Of a stretch of DNA of 64,000 bases, positions 9,341 to 19,084 are shown piece by piece. Numbering within the stretch: the stretch's first letter is position 1; the number at the start of each line of letters is the position of its first letter. The stretch lies in contig JBJMHS010000030.1 in the NCBI GenBank assembly GCA_045807245.1, positions 1-64,000 on the forward strand. The letters are read 5' to 3'. The DNA comes from Actinomycetales bacterium (lineage in GTDB: Bacteria > Actinomycetota > Actinomycetes > Actinomycetales > CAVURS01). Both the position numbers and the translations under genes were made by a program. The notes below the pieces were generated by a model that ran no database searches, was not told the origin of the DNA, and saw only the letters and a list, made by a program, of their open reading frames with translations.

Positions 9341-10481
9341 CGGTCTCCGCGGCTCGCGGTGCAGCTCGGAGGGCCTCTGCCACGTCCAGGTTGAGGCTCA
9401 TGCCGTGCCCCGGGCTGTCGGTTCGCGGAGTGATGGCGCCGCCGAGGGGATCCAGCCCTCCGGAGAACAGCTGTGACTCGATCCGGACGTGGTCGTGGAA
9501 CCATTCGACATGCCGCAGGTTGGGCGTCGCGGCCGCACAGTGGGCATGCAGGTTCGGCGCGCAGTGAGCCGAGACGTCCACCCCGGCTGCGGCCGCCACA
9601 GCGGCGGCGCGGAACCACTCCGTGTATCCGCCGCAGCGGGTGGCGTCGACCTGGAGGCAGTCCACGGCTTCGGCATCGACCATGCGCCGGAAGTAGGTCA
9701 GGTCCGAGCCGTACTCGCCGGCGGCAACGTCGGCATCGATCGCGCGTCGTACGGCGTGCAGCCCGGAGAGGTCGTCCGAGCTGACCGGTTCCTCGAACCA
9801 GCTGACCCGCGCGTCCGCAGTCCTGGCGAACAGGCGCACTGCACCCTTGGCCGTGAAGGCGCCGTTGGCATCGACGAAGAGCTCCGCGCGCGGTCCGACG
9901 GTCTCGCGCGCCAGGAGGATCCGGCTCAGATCCCGGTCCGGCGCGGCACCACGATCCTGACCGATCTTGATCTTGACCCGCGGGATGCCTTGCTGGTGCA
10001 CCCATCCGGTGAGCTGTTGCACGAGCCGGTCATCGGTGTACGACGTGAACCCACCACTCCCGTAGACCGGCACGTCGCGTTCGACGACCCCGAAGAGATC
10101 CGCCAGCGGTAGCCCCAGAACTCGGGCCTTGAGGTCCCACAAGGCGACGTCGACGGCCGAGATCGCGTACCCGGCTGCGCCCGCGCGAGTCGCGTTGCGC
10201 ACGGCTCGGACCATGCGCAGCCAGGTGCCTGAGACGTGCATGACGGCGGAGCCCACGACAACCGGCGCGAGCAGCTCGCGCACCAGGTCGGCGCAGGCCG
10301 CCGGGCCATACGTCCAGCCCGTCCCCGTCATGTCCCCCGACCGAATGAGCACCACGACCACGTCGGTCCCTTCCCACGCCGCCGTGCCGTCGGCCTCGGG
10401 GGCATCGGTCGGGACGTGGAAGGCACAGGCCGCGACGGACTCGACCAGCGCGGCGGAGCGACGTACGGGCTCGTCAGTCAC
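9288..10481 (-). CDS. Mandelate racemase/muconate lactonizing enzyme (enolase superfamily) protein
   Basis: AISAVDVALWDLKAR, KIKIG (KxK), DANG, WFEEP, AAGE, QVD and SAH motifs. Confidence 0.9.
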   Translation of the reverse strand: MTDEPVRRSAALVESVAACAFHVPTDAPEADGTAAWEGTDVVVVLIRSGDMTGTGWTYGPAACADLVRELLAPVVVGSAVMHVSGTWLRMVRAVRNATRAGAAGYAISAVDVALWDLKARVLGLPLADLFGVVERDVPVYGSGGFTSYTDDRLVQQLTGWVHQQGIPRVKIKIGQDRGAAPDRDLSRILLARETVGPRAELFVDANGAFTAKGAVRLFARTADARVSWFEEPVSSDDLSGLHAVRRAIDADVAAGEYGSDLTYFRRMVDAEAVDCLQVDATRCGGYTEWFRAAAVAAAAGVDVSAHCAPNLHAHCAAATPNLRHVEWFHDHVRIESQLFSGGLDPLGGAITPRTDSPGHGMSLNLDVAEALRAAPRAAETANGGASATPPGRGRSRP

Positions 10482-12264
10482 GACCAGGCAGGATCTCGGC
10501 GGCCTTGGTCTTGAGCCCCTCCCGGATCACACCCCAACGGTCCTCGTCGCCTTTGAGGAGGGAGCGGACGGTGGCCTTGGCCTGGTCGAAGGTGGCGTGA
10601 GGCGGGATGGGGGGCACATCAGGGTCGGTGTGCACGTCCAGGACGGTAGGACGGTCGGCCGCCAGGGCCTGCGCCCAGCAGTCGGACAGCTCTTCCGGGT
10701 CCGTGACGGTCCGCGCGGCCAAGCCCAGACCGGCCGCGAACCCGGCGTAGTCGACGTCGGGCAGAGCTTGGGAGTCGGTGAACTTCGGCGCACCGCCCAT
10801 CGAGCGCAGCTCCCAGGTGACCTGGTTCAGGTCGTTGTTGTGCAGGACGGCAACGATGAGTCGTGGGTCGTCCCAGTCCGGCCAATACCGCTTCACCGTG
10901 ATCAGCTCGGCCAGCCCGTTCATCTGCATGGCGCCGTCACCGGTGAACACGATGGCCGGGCGGTCCGGATGAGCGAACTTGGCTCCGATGCCATAGGGGA
11001 CACCGGGCCCCATGGTGGCCAGGGTGCCGGACAGTGACCCTCGCACCTGACCGGTGAACTTGAGCTGCCGCGCGTACCAGTTGGCCGCGCTGCCGGAGTC
11101 CGCCATCACCATCGCGTTGCCTGGCAGCTGTGAGGAGAGCTCGGCGAACAACCGCAGCGGGTTGACCGGATCGGCCGTCACGAGCGCCTCCTCGTGCATG
11201 GCCCGCCACCAGTCCGCGACGTTGTCAACGATCGTGCGGCGCCACTTGTCGTCCTGGCGAGGCTGCAGCAAGGGCCGCAACGCATCGAGCGTCGCAGCAG
11301 CGTCGCCGACGAGGTTGACCTCGGTGGGATAGCGCATGCCGATGAACCGGCCGTCGATGTCGATCTGCACGGCTCGGGCCTGTCCCAGCTCGGGGAGGAA
11401 CTGGCTGTACGGGAAGTTCGAGCCGACGATGAGCAAGGTGTCGCAGTCCCGCATCATCTCGTAGCTGGGCCGGGTGCCCAGCAGGCCGATCGACCCCGTC
11501 ACGTAGGGCAGGTCATCGGGCAGCACGTCCTTGCCGAGCAGCGCCTTGGCGACCCCTGCACCAAGCAGCTCGGCGACATCCATCAGCTGTCGCCGGGCGC
11601 CGCGTGCGCCCTGGCCGGCCAGGATCGCCACCCGTTCGCCGGCGTTGAGGATCTCGGCGGCCGCGACGATGGCGTCGTCGTGCGGTACGACGGCCGGCCA
11701 CGACATGCCGAGCGAGGAGGGGACCATCTTGAAGGCGTGACCCGGGGCGACGTACTCGAGCTCTTGGACGTCGGCGGGCAGGATGACAGCGGTCGGTGCC
11801 CGCTGGGCCAAGGCGATCCGGACGGCCCGGTCGATGACGTTGGGCAGCTGTTCCGGAACCGTCACCATCTGCACGTAGTCAGAGGCCACATCCTTGAACA
11901 GGCTGAGCAGGTCGACCTCCTGCTGGTACGAGCCGCCCATGGCGCTGCGGCTGGTCTGCCCGACGATCGCGACGACCGGGACGTGGTCGAGCTTGGCGTC
12001 GTACAACCCGTTGAGCAGATGGATGGCACCAGGTCCCGACGTGGCGGTGCACACCCCCACCCGACCCGAGAACTTGGCGTAGCCGACGGCCTCGAAGGCA
12101 GCCATCTCCTCGTGTCGCGCCTGCACGAAGCGCGGCCCGTGCTCGGCTCGGCCCCACGCGACCAGCAGGCCGTTGATGCCGTCACCGGGGTAGCCGAAGA
12201 CGGTGTCGATGTCCCACTCCCCCAGCCGGGCGAGCAGGTAGTCGGCGACAGTAAGACGGGTCAT
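10474..12264 (-). CDS. Thiamine pyrophosphate-requiring enzyme (pyruvate oxidase/PoxB-like)
   Basis: GYPGDGIN, RHEEMAAF, TSGPGAIHLLNGLYDAK, SGTLATMG, GDGAMQMNG...LHNND. Confidence 0.9.
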   Translation of the reverse strand: MTRLTVADYLLARLGEWDIDTVFGYPGDGINGLLVAWGRAEHGPRFVQARHEEMAAFEAVGYAKFSGRVGVCTATSGPGAIHLLNGLYDAKLDHVPVVAIVGQTSRSAMGGSYQQEVDLLSLFKDVASDYVQMVTVPEQLPNVIDRAVRIALAQRAPTAVILPADVQELEYVAPGHAFKMVPSSLGMSWPAVVPHDDAIVAAAEILNAGERVAILAGQGARGARRQLMDVAELLGAGVAKALLGKDVLPDDLPYVTGSIGLLGTRPSYEMMRDCDTLLIVGSNFPYSQFLPELGQARAVQIDIDGRFIGMRYPTEVNLVGDAAATLDALRPLLQPRQDDKWRRTIVDNVADWWRAMHEEALVTADPVNPLRLFAELSSQLPGNAMVMADSGSAANWYARQLKFTGQVRGSLSGTLATMGPGVPYGIGAKFAHPDRPAIVFTGDGAMQMNGLAELITVKRYWPDWDDPRLIVAVLHNNDLNQVTWELRSMGGAPKFTDSQALPDVDYAGFAAGLGLAARTVTDPEELSDCWAQALAADRPTVLDVHTDPDVPPIPPHATFDQAKATVRSLLKGDEDRWGVIREGLKTKAAEILPGRD

Positions 12265-12291
12265 GTGTTGCCTCCTCGGGTGTGACGACGT

Positions 12292-15264
12292 CTAGACGTG
12301 GGTGACCGAAGTGGTGCGCGCGGCGACCAGCTCAGCGAGATGGATCGCGTCGCGGCCGCCACTGTCGAGGTCGTGGATCTGAGTTCGGCAGGAGAAGCCG
12401 TCGGCCAGGACAGTCGTGTCCGGGTCCGCCGCGCGAACGCGTGGCAGGAGAACCTGTTCGGCGCAGGCGCGACTCACGTCGCCGTGTCCGGCGGTGAACC
12501 CGAAGTTGCCGGCGAGCCCGCAGCAGCCTGACTCGAGTGCCTCACCGTCGACCCCGATGGCCTCGAGCAGACGCCGGTCGGCCTCCCAGCCCATGACCGC
12601 GTGCTGGTGACAGTGCACCTGAGCGATCGCCTTGGCCGGGCTGGACCCGCTGGATGGTCCCGCCGATGCGGACGGGGTACGAGCGGGTTGCCAGCCAGGG
12701 GTGTGATCCATCAACAGCTCGGCGAACGTGACCGTGTTGTGCTTGAGCCGGTGCACGTCCTGGTCGTCGGAGAACAGCTCGGCTGCGTCCGAGCGGAAGA
12801 CGGCGGTACAGCTCGGTTCCAGACCGACCACGAGGCCGCCATGGCGGAGGTGGTCGGCAAGCAACGAGATCGTACGGCGCAAGGTTCGCTTGGCCGTCTT
12901 CAACTGGCCGGTGGAGATCCAGGTAAGCCCGCAGCACACCGATCCGGACGGGATCTCGACCCGCCACCCGGCCGACTCCAGGACCTCGACGGCAGCCCGG
13001 CCGATCTCGGGAGCGAACGTGTTGGTGAACGTGTCGGGCCAGAGGATGACCGATCCGCGGTTGCCATGGCCCCGCGGGCCGCGGCCGGCCCACCACTGCT
13101 GCAACGACTCTGGAGCAAACGGCGGGATCGGGCGGTCCTCGAGTCCACCGACCCAATGGGCCGCTCTGGCCAGGGCCGGCACGCCGAGCATCGCGTTGAC
13201 GGCACCGGCCGAGTTGGTACGCCGGACGGCTGCGGCGACCGCCGGCAGCCACCCCGTCGCGTAGTCCGCGCGGGGACGAAGGCGGTGGGCGTAGTGGTGG
13301 GCCAGGAACTCGGCCTTGTACGTGGCCATGTCGACCGACGCCGGACAGTCGTGTTTGCAGCCTTTGCAGGCCAGGCACAGATCGAGCGCGTCCCGCACGG
13401 CGGTCGAACGCCAGCCGTCCCGGATCGGGCTGTCCGGATGTCCCTGCAGCATCTCGAAGAGCAGGCGGGCGCGGCCCCGGGTGGAGTGCTCCTCCTCGCC
13501 TGTCACCTGGTACGACGGGCACATGACCTGCCCGCCGTCATGCCCGTGCTGGCGACATTTGCCCACGCCGACGCAACGGTTCGCCGCCTCGGTGAACGAG
13601 CCGCCGTCGTGCGGGTACCGGAAGAACAGCGGATGCGGGGTCTGCGGTGCCCAGTCACTACCCAGGCGCAGGTGCTGGTCCAGCCGGTAGGGCCGCACGA
13701 CCTTGCCGGGGTTCATCCGGTCGCCTGGGTCGAACAGGTCCTTGACCCGTCCGAAGGCCTCGACCACCTCCGCGCCGAACATCTTGGTCAGCAGCTCGCC
13801 CCGGGACTGTCCGTCACCGTGCTCGCCGGACAGCGACCCGCCGTACGCGACGACGAGGTCGGCGGCCCTCTCCATGAAGCGTCGGTAGTCGGCGACGCCA
13901 TCCGCGGCGTACAGGTCGAACGGGATCCGGGTGTGCACGCATCCCTGTCCGAAGTGGCCGTACAGGCTCGGACCCGTGTCGCTCGCGAAGCCGAACTCCT
14001 CGAACAGGCTGCGCAGATCGCGTAGGTAGTCGCCGAGTCGTGCGGGAGGGACGGCCGAGTCCTCCCATCCCTCGAACGTGTCCGGTTTGCCGGGGACATG
14101 AGCCGTCGCGCCCAGACCGGCTTCGCGGACCAACCAGAGCTCATGTTCGCGAGCCGGGTCGTCGTACACGGCAACCGTCGGCTCGTGCTCGGTGTCGCCG
14201 AGCGCCTTGAGAGCGCGTTCGGCGTTCGCGTCCGCCTCGTGCTGGTCCGCCCCGCCGAACTGGACCATCAGGTAGCCGGTGCCCTTGGGGAGCTCGGACA
14301 TCGCCTGGACGTTCATGCCTTTGAGCTGTTGGTCATGAATGAGGTAGTGGTCCACGCCTTCCAGGGCGATCGGATGGTGCTCGACGATCGCGGGCACCGC
14401 GTCGGCGGCGGCCGCAATGTCCGGGTAGCCCAGGACGACCAACGTCTTCGCCTTGACCACGGGCACGAGCTCGAGCTCGGCCTGCAGAACGGTGACGAGA
14501 GTCGACTCACTGCCGACGAGGAAGCGGGCAATGTCGAAGCCAAGCTCAGGCAGCAGGGAGTCGAGGTTGTACCCGGACACCCGACGCGGGATATCCGGAT
14601 AACGCGAGCGGATCAGGCCGGCGTACTCGTCCCTCAGTCGGTGCAGGCTGCGATAGATCGCCGCCCGCCGGTCTCCGTGCCGTTCGATCTCGCGGTACCG
14701 GGCATCGTCAGTAGGACCACACGTGAACCTGGTGCCGTCATAGAGCAGGACGTCGAGCGACGCGATGTTGTCGACGACCTTGCCCGTCCGTTGCGCCGTC
14801 GCGCCGCACGAGTTGTTGCCGATCATCCCGCCGAGAGTGCAGTTCATGTGGGTCGCCGGCTCCGGTCCGAACCGAAGCCCGTGGTGCTCGAGCCGATGGT
14901 TCAGGTCGTCGAGAACGATGCCCGGCTCGACCACGCATCGGCGCGCGCCGACATCGAGGTCGACGAGCGCGTTGCAGTACTTGCTGAAGTCGATCACGAC
15001 CGCGTGGTTCGTGCACTGCCCGGCCAAGCTCGTCCCGCCGCCGCGACTGACAACCGGTAGGTCGTACTCGCGACAGACGGCGACCGTCTCGACGACGGCC
15101 TCGGTCGAGCGCGGCAGCACGACGCCCAACGGCACCTGCCGGAAGTTCGACCCGTCAGTCGAGTACGCCGCGCGCGAGCCGGCGTCGAACCGGACCTCGC
15201 CATCGACCCGTCCGGCCAAGGCCCGCCGTACGTCGAGGCCGAGGCCGTCGCCGTACTCCGTCAT
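12292..15264 (-). CDS. FAD-binding and 4Fe-4S/CCG-domain oxidoreductase (YdiJ/GlcDF-like 2-hydroxyacid dehydrogenase)
   Basis: RGGGTSLAGQ, GGMIGNNSCG, GSESTL, SGEHGDG, CVGVGKC, CLACKGCKHDCP, CCG and HCHQH. Start trimmed to MTEYG at 15264. Confidence 0.9.
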   Translation of the reverse strand: MTEYGDGLGLDVRRALAGRVDGEVRFDAGSRAAYSTDGSNFRQVPLGVVLPRSTEAVVETVAVCREYDLPVVSRGGGTSLAGQCTNHAVVIDFSKYCNALVDLDVGARRCVVEPGIVLDDLNHRLEHHGLRFGPEPATHMNCTLGGMIGNNSCGATAQRTGKVVDNIASLDVLLYDGTRFTCGPTDDARYREIERHGDRRAAIYRSLHRLRDEYAGLIRSRYPDIPRRVSGYNLDSLLPELGFDIARFLVGSESTLVTVLQAELELVPVVKAKTLVVLGYPDIAAAADAVPAIVEHHPIALEGVDHYLIHDQQLKGMNVQAMSELPKGTGYLMVQFGGADQHEADANAERALKALGDTEHEPTVAVYDDPAREHELWLVREAGLGATAHVPGKPDTFEGWEDSAVPPARLGDYLRDLRSLFEEFGFASDTGPSLYGHFGQGCVHTRIPFDLYAADGVADYRRFMERAADLVVAYGGSLSGEHGDGQSRGELLTKMFGAEVVEAFGRVKDLFDPGDRMNPGKVVRPYRLDQHLRLGSDWAPQTPHPLFFRYPHDGGSFTEAANRCVGVGKCRQHGHDGGQVMCPSYQVTGEEEHSTRGRARLLFEMLQGHPDSPIRDGWRSTAVRDALDLCLACKGCKHDCPASVDMATYKAEFLAHHYAHRLRPRADYATGWLPAVAAAVRRTNSAGAVNAMLGVPALARAAHWVGGLEDRPIPPFAPESLQQWWAGRGPRGHGNRGSVILWPDTFTNTFAPEIGRAAVEVLESAGWRVEIPSGSVCCGLTWISTGQLKTAKRTLRRTISLLADHLRHGGLVVGLEPSCTAVFRSDAAELFSDDQDVHRLKHNTVTFAELLMDHTPGWQPARTPSASAGPSSGSSPAKAIAQVHCHQHAVMGWEADRRLLEAIGVDGEALESGCCGLAGNFGFTAGHGDVSRACAEQVLLPRVRAADPDTTVLADGFSCRTQIHDLDSGGRDAIHLAELVAARTTSVTHV

Positions 15265-15311
15265 CGACCAGAGCTGCGCTGCAGGACAACGCCCCGTTGT
15301 GCACCCACATA

Positions 15312-15343
15312 TTGACTCTGACGCAACACTTGCGGGCTCGCAA
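15312..15343. promoter_or_regulatory. Candidate MarR operator palindromes
   Basis: TTGCG-GGCT-CGCAA (15330-15343) and an imperfect TTGACTCTGACGCAA (15312-15326) lie in the divergent intergenic region. Confidence 0.4.
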
Positions 15344-15364
15344 TTCGGGGTGGAGACTCCCGAC

Positions 15365-15898
15365 ATGGCTGCAGAAACTCGGCCGCTCACCGATGGCGAC
15401 ACCACGATGATGAGCCGCCGGATGCCACCGGCCGACTCGCTCCTGGACGAGATCATGGCGGGCGCGCGCGTCGTGGCCGGCGTCATCGCCCGGTCGCTGG
15501 TACACACCGACGGCCATGTCACGTTGCCGCAGCTCCGGGTCCTCGTCGTCATGGGAGAACGGGGCATCCTGAGCCTGAACGACGTGGCCGACGTTCTCGG
15601 CGTTCACCCGTCGAACGCCACGCGTCTCGTCGACCGGTTGGTCAACGGCGGTTTGATCGACCGGCGACAGGATCCGGCCAACCGCCGCCAGCTCCAGCTC
15701 ACCCTCACAGCGGAGGGCGCCGACTTGGTCAACTCCGTCATGCAGCACCGCCGTGAGTCGCTGGCCGAAATCGTCGCGACGTTGCCTGTTTCCAGCCAGC
15801 GAGACCTGGCCCAGGCGATGGGCGCGCTGAACCGGGCCAGCCAGAACCACACGAACACCGAGACCTGGGCCGTACCCGTCGGCCCTCGGAGGACCTAG
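15365..15898 (+). CDS. MarR family transcriptional regulator
   Basis: VTLPQLRVLVV...LNDVADVLGVHPSNATRLVDRLVNGGLIDRRQDPANRRQLQLTLTAEG. Start codon uncertain. Confidence 0.92.
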   Translation: MAAETRPLTDGDTTMMSRRMPPADSLLDEIMAGARVVAGVIARSLVHTDGHVTLPQLRVLVVMGERGILSLNDVADVLGVHPSNATRLVDRLVNGGLIDRRQDPANRRQLQLTLTAEGADLVNSVMQHRRESLAEIVATLPVSSQRDLAQAMGALNRASQNHTNTETWAVPVGPRRT

Positions 15899-15915
15899 CG
15901 CACCCGAGGCTCGTC

Positions 15916-16296
15916 TTGATCCGGCAACCCTCTGCGTTCACCGGCGACGACACCGCGTTCTTCAACGCCTTCGTGGTCAGAAACCACCATGCCAATGTTC
16001 TGTGGCTCGAAGGAGTCGTCGACCTCGCCTGCCAGGAGTGGCTAGCCTCGACGGCCGCTCTGCTGCAGCGCGATCCGAAACCGGTCATCATCGACCTGTC
16101 CCGCGTCACCTTCAGCGACTGCACGCTGACCAACCTGATCGCCGACCTTCAACGCCAACGCAGGGTCCAGCTCCGCGAGCCCTCGCGGCTGGTGCTCGAC
16201 CTGTTGGCGGTGGCCGGGCTGGCCGGCTGCCAGACCGCCGCACACCACGAAGAGCTTCGCCGTTGGGGAACGCCGTCCGTCGAGGCGCACACATGA
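15916..16296 (+). CDS. STAS-domain (anti-sigma antagonist-like) protein
   Basis: LWLEGVVDLA...VIIDLSRVTFSDC...LREPSRLVLDLLAVAGL. Confidence 0.7.
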   Translation: MIRQPSAFTGDDTAFFNAFVVRNHHANVLWLEGVVDLACQEWLASTAALLQRDPKPVIIDLSRVTFSDCTLTNLIADLQRQRRVQLREPSRLVLDLLAVAGLAGCQTAAHHEELRRWGTPSVEAHT

Positions 16297-16772
16297 CGGA
16301 CCACAACGACCACTGGCAGGGGCAACGCGCGTTGCAGGCCCTGATCGACGAGGTCGCCAGCTCCGCGCAGGGCGCACCGATCGCCTCCGTGCGGGCGCTC
16401 CTGGTCCGGGAGCTGCGCGCCCACGAGTTCGCCATCCCCAGTGACTCATGGGTGGACGCGGTGGCCCGCGAGGCAGTGCACGGACACGTGTACGCGGTCA
16501 GCCACGAGAGTCTGGACGGTGCCGTTGCCGCGCCTGCAGAGAACGGAGAGCTGGGCGACGCACCCGCCCAGCTGCCCATCGCCTCGACTGAACGGCCGAA
16601 CGAGCCGTACCAGCCGCCTCTCGCGGAACGCTCGGGAGGACTTCACGAGCAGTCCCGCGGCCGTCGCGGTCGGATGCCCCTCAGGATCGCGGCAACCGCG
16701 TTGTTCGCCATCTGGGTCCTATGGAAGGCCACTCGTCGCCGGCGGCGTCGCATCCGAGAGGGCCATCACTAG
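16293..16772 (+). CDS. Hypothetical protein with C-terminal membrane anchor
   Basis: ATGA overlap with the STAS gene. C-terminal hydrophobic helix followed by a basic tail. Confidence 0.6.
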   Translation: MTDHNDHWQGQRALQALIDEVASSAQGAPIASVRALLVRELRAHEFAIPSDSWVDAVAREAVHGHVYAVSHESLDGAVAAPAENGELGDAPAQLPIASTERPNEPYQPPLAERSGGLHEQSRGRRGRMPLRIAATALFAIWVLWKATRRRRRRIREGHH

Positions 16773-16872
16773 GCGCCCGCGAAGGGGACCGTCACACTCG
16801 CGCAGCTCGATGCCCCTGAGCCCGGTCCCAATGACGGACTGAACGACCAGCGCGGCCGCAGTGGGAAGGGCC

Positions 16873-16915
16873 GGGCCCAATGGCCCTGCCGCTCTCTGGA
16901 CTGTCGTGGAAGCGT
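16873..16915 (+). promoter_or_regulatory. Dev/DosR-box promoter
   Basis: GGGCCCAATGGCCC (16873-16886), 23-nt gap, -10-like AAGCGT. Confidence 0.55.
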
Positions 16916-16941
16916 TTTGGCTAGCGGTGGCGGAGGTGAGT

Positions 16942-18957
16942 ATGTCCATGCGTGGGTGGGCACATGCGACAGTCGCCGCCGTGGTCGCGCTGCTGCTCGC
17001 GACGACGTTCGGCGGCCGGGCTGGCGTCGCATCAGCGCCAGCCGTACAGCGTGACGGCGTGGCCGCGGTGATCGCTGGCTACCAGGCCAAGATGCCCGAG
17101 CTCATGAGGCAGCAACACATCCCTGGCCTGGCTCTGGCCTTGGTTGACGGCGACCGAGTTGAGTGGCAAGAGGGGTTCGGGTCGACGGACACGGGCGGGG
17201 GCAGGAGGGTCACCGTCGACACCATGTTCAGTGTCCAGTCGATGTCGAAGGTGTTCACCGCCACCGCCGTCATGCAGGCGGTTCAAGCCGGGCGGCTCGA
17301 CCTGGATGCGCCGATCACGAAGTACCTTCCCCGGTTCACGGTCCACAGCGCCTTCGAGGCTCACCCTGAGCGGCGGATCACGTTGCGAATGCTGCTCAGC
17401 CACACGGCGGGGTTCACTCACGAGGCTCCCCTGGGCAACAACTACGAGCCGGAGCCGGGCGAGTTCGACGCGCACATCCGCACCATCTCCGACACCTGGC
17501 TACGGTTCCCCGTCGGGACCGGCTACGCCTACTCGAACCTGGGAATCGACCTCGCTGGGTACATCCTCGAGCAGGTTTCCAAGAAGCCCTTCCCAGCCGT
17601 CATGCGCGACTCGCTGCTTGCGCCGCTGGGCATGGACCACAGCACCTTCGACCGGGCTCAGGTGCACGCGTCCACCAACCGGGCAGTCGGTCACTCCACC
17701 GACATGGTCCCCCCGCCCGTGGACATCCCGATGATGGCGGCCGGCGGACTGTGGGCCAGTGCCGCGGACCTCGCCCGGTTCCTGCGTTTCCAGCTCGGCG
17801 ACGGCAGTATCGACGGCCGCACCGTGCTCGACGCGGCGTTCATGCGCGAGATGCGTACCGTGCCGGCACCGGACGCGGGCTCGCTCGCCGGCTATGCGCT
17901 GGGCGTCGGCCGTACGCACTGGCGTGCCGGGCAGTACCTCGACCTGTTCACCCACGGCGGCGGGGGCTACGGCTTCCTGTCCGATCTGTGGTGGCTCCCA
18001 CAGCTGCAGCTTGGCATCGCCGTGCTGACCAACTCCTCCAACCACGACCTCCAAGGCAGCCTGGCGCTCGGGATCCTCGGCGACCTCGTCGCCGACCCCG
18101 ACAGCCGATACCACGACCGCATGCTGGGCCTGCCGACCCAGTCCGACGTGGTGGAGCCCGACGGCCGATTCGTGCCGCCGACGGACCTGGCCGATCGGAT
18201 CGAGGCCCTGGCGTTGCCGGCGACGAGGGAGCAGGCGAAGCGATGGTCCGGGTACGCCGAGTACTACCGAACTGGACGGGAAGGCGCGATGGACCCCGCG
18301 GTCCCCGCGTCCTGGTTCCACGTCGAGTCCGCTGTGCCGTACTTCGACGCCGCCGAGGACGGGGCACGGGTACGCCATCGACTGACCGAGGTCCGACCCG
18401 GCCTGTTCCTGGCCGAGAACGGCGAGACGCTCGACCTGCGTCAGCCGTCGCCGCGCTGGCGCGGACTTTCCCTCAACCCCGTCACGAACGGTCCGCTCGA
18501 ACGGCAGTGGGCACTGCTCATCCTCGTCGTACTCGTGGCAGCGGGATGGCTCTTGGCCGCGAGCGCAGCATCGTTGCGTCGACGGCGTGGGCATGTCCGC
18601 GGGACGACGGCCGCCCTGACGCGGGGCGGCGGCATCGCGCGCCGACTCACTAGCGCCGTCGCTGCGGCGGGCCTACTCGTCGCGGTCGCCATCATCGCCG
18701 CGATTCGGATCACGCCGGGACTCGTGGACGTCGGGTTCCTCGGACGGATGGCGTTCCCGCTCCCGGTCCGCCTCGCGCTGCATCTGCCAGTCGCGGAAGC
18801 TGTGCTGGCTGCCAGCCTCGCCGCGCTCCTCCTGGCCGGTGCCGTCCGGGACTGGTGGGTCCCGCGGGTCCCCTTGCGCGACGCGGCCCTCGCCGTGGCG
18901 CTGGCTGGCTTCACTGTTCAGCTCGCGGCTTGGCACCTCGTGGGCTGCGGTCTGTGA
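16942..18957 (+). CDS. Serine hydrolase (beta-lactamase/class C-like) with signal peptide and C-terminal TM helices
   Basis: SMSK (SxxK), LLSHTAG, YSN and HGGG motifs. Several C-terminal hydrophobic segments. Confidence 0.88.
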   Translation: MSMRGWAHATVAAVVALLLATTFGGRAGVASAPAVQRDGVAAVIAGYQAKMPELMRQQHIPGLALALVDGDRVEWQEGFGSTDTGGGRRVTVDTMFSVQSMSKVFTATAVMQAVQAGRLDLDAPITKYLPRFTVHSAFEAHPERRITLRMLLSHTAGFTHEAPLGNNYEPEPGEFDAHIRTISDTWLRFPVGTGYAYSNLGIDLAGYILEQVSKKPFPAVMRDSLLAPLGMDHSTFDRAQVHASTNRAVGHSTDMVPPPVDIPMMAAGGLWASAADLARFLRFQLGDGSIDGRTVLDAAFMREMRTVPAPDAGSLAGYALGVGRTHWRAGQYLDLFTHGGGGYGFLSDLWWLPQLQLGIAVLTNSSNHDLQGSLALGILGDLVADPDSRYHDRMLGLPTQSDVVEPDGRFVPPTDLADRIEALALPATREQAKRWSGYAEYYRTGREGAMDPAVPASWFHVESAVPYFDAAEDGARVRHRLTEVRPGLFLAENGETLDLRQPSPRWRGLSLNPVTNGPLERQWALLILVVLVAAGWLLAASAASLRRRRGHVRGTTAALTRGGGIARRLTSAVAAAGLLVAVAIIAAIRITPGLVDVGFLGRMAFPLPVRLALHLPVAEAVLAASLAALLLAGAVRDWWVPRVPLRDAALAVALAGFTVQLAAWHLVGCGL

Positions 18958-19084
18958 CTCCGCTGTCCGGCACCGCCGCCGTCAGCCGACTCGCTCCCAG
19001 CCTCGCCGCGGCGAGGAGTCGCTCAGTGCCGTGTGTTTCGTCAGTCCAGGCTCCAGAAGCCAGGCGCGCATTGCCCGCGTGCAG

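Noticed and set aside
15265..15567. N-terminal extension of the 1091-aa ORF (likewise 49480..50052, 7661..8152 and 5693..5800)
   Set aside because: These overlap neighbouring genes or promoters, and family similarity begins at downstream starts.
16773..16860. Mobile-element boundary for the DosR island
   Set aside because: No integrase, transposase, tRNA or flanking direct repeats are visible at either end. 'Island' here means functional clustering only.
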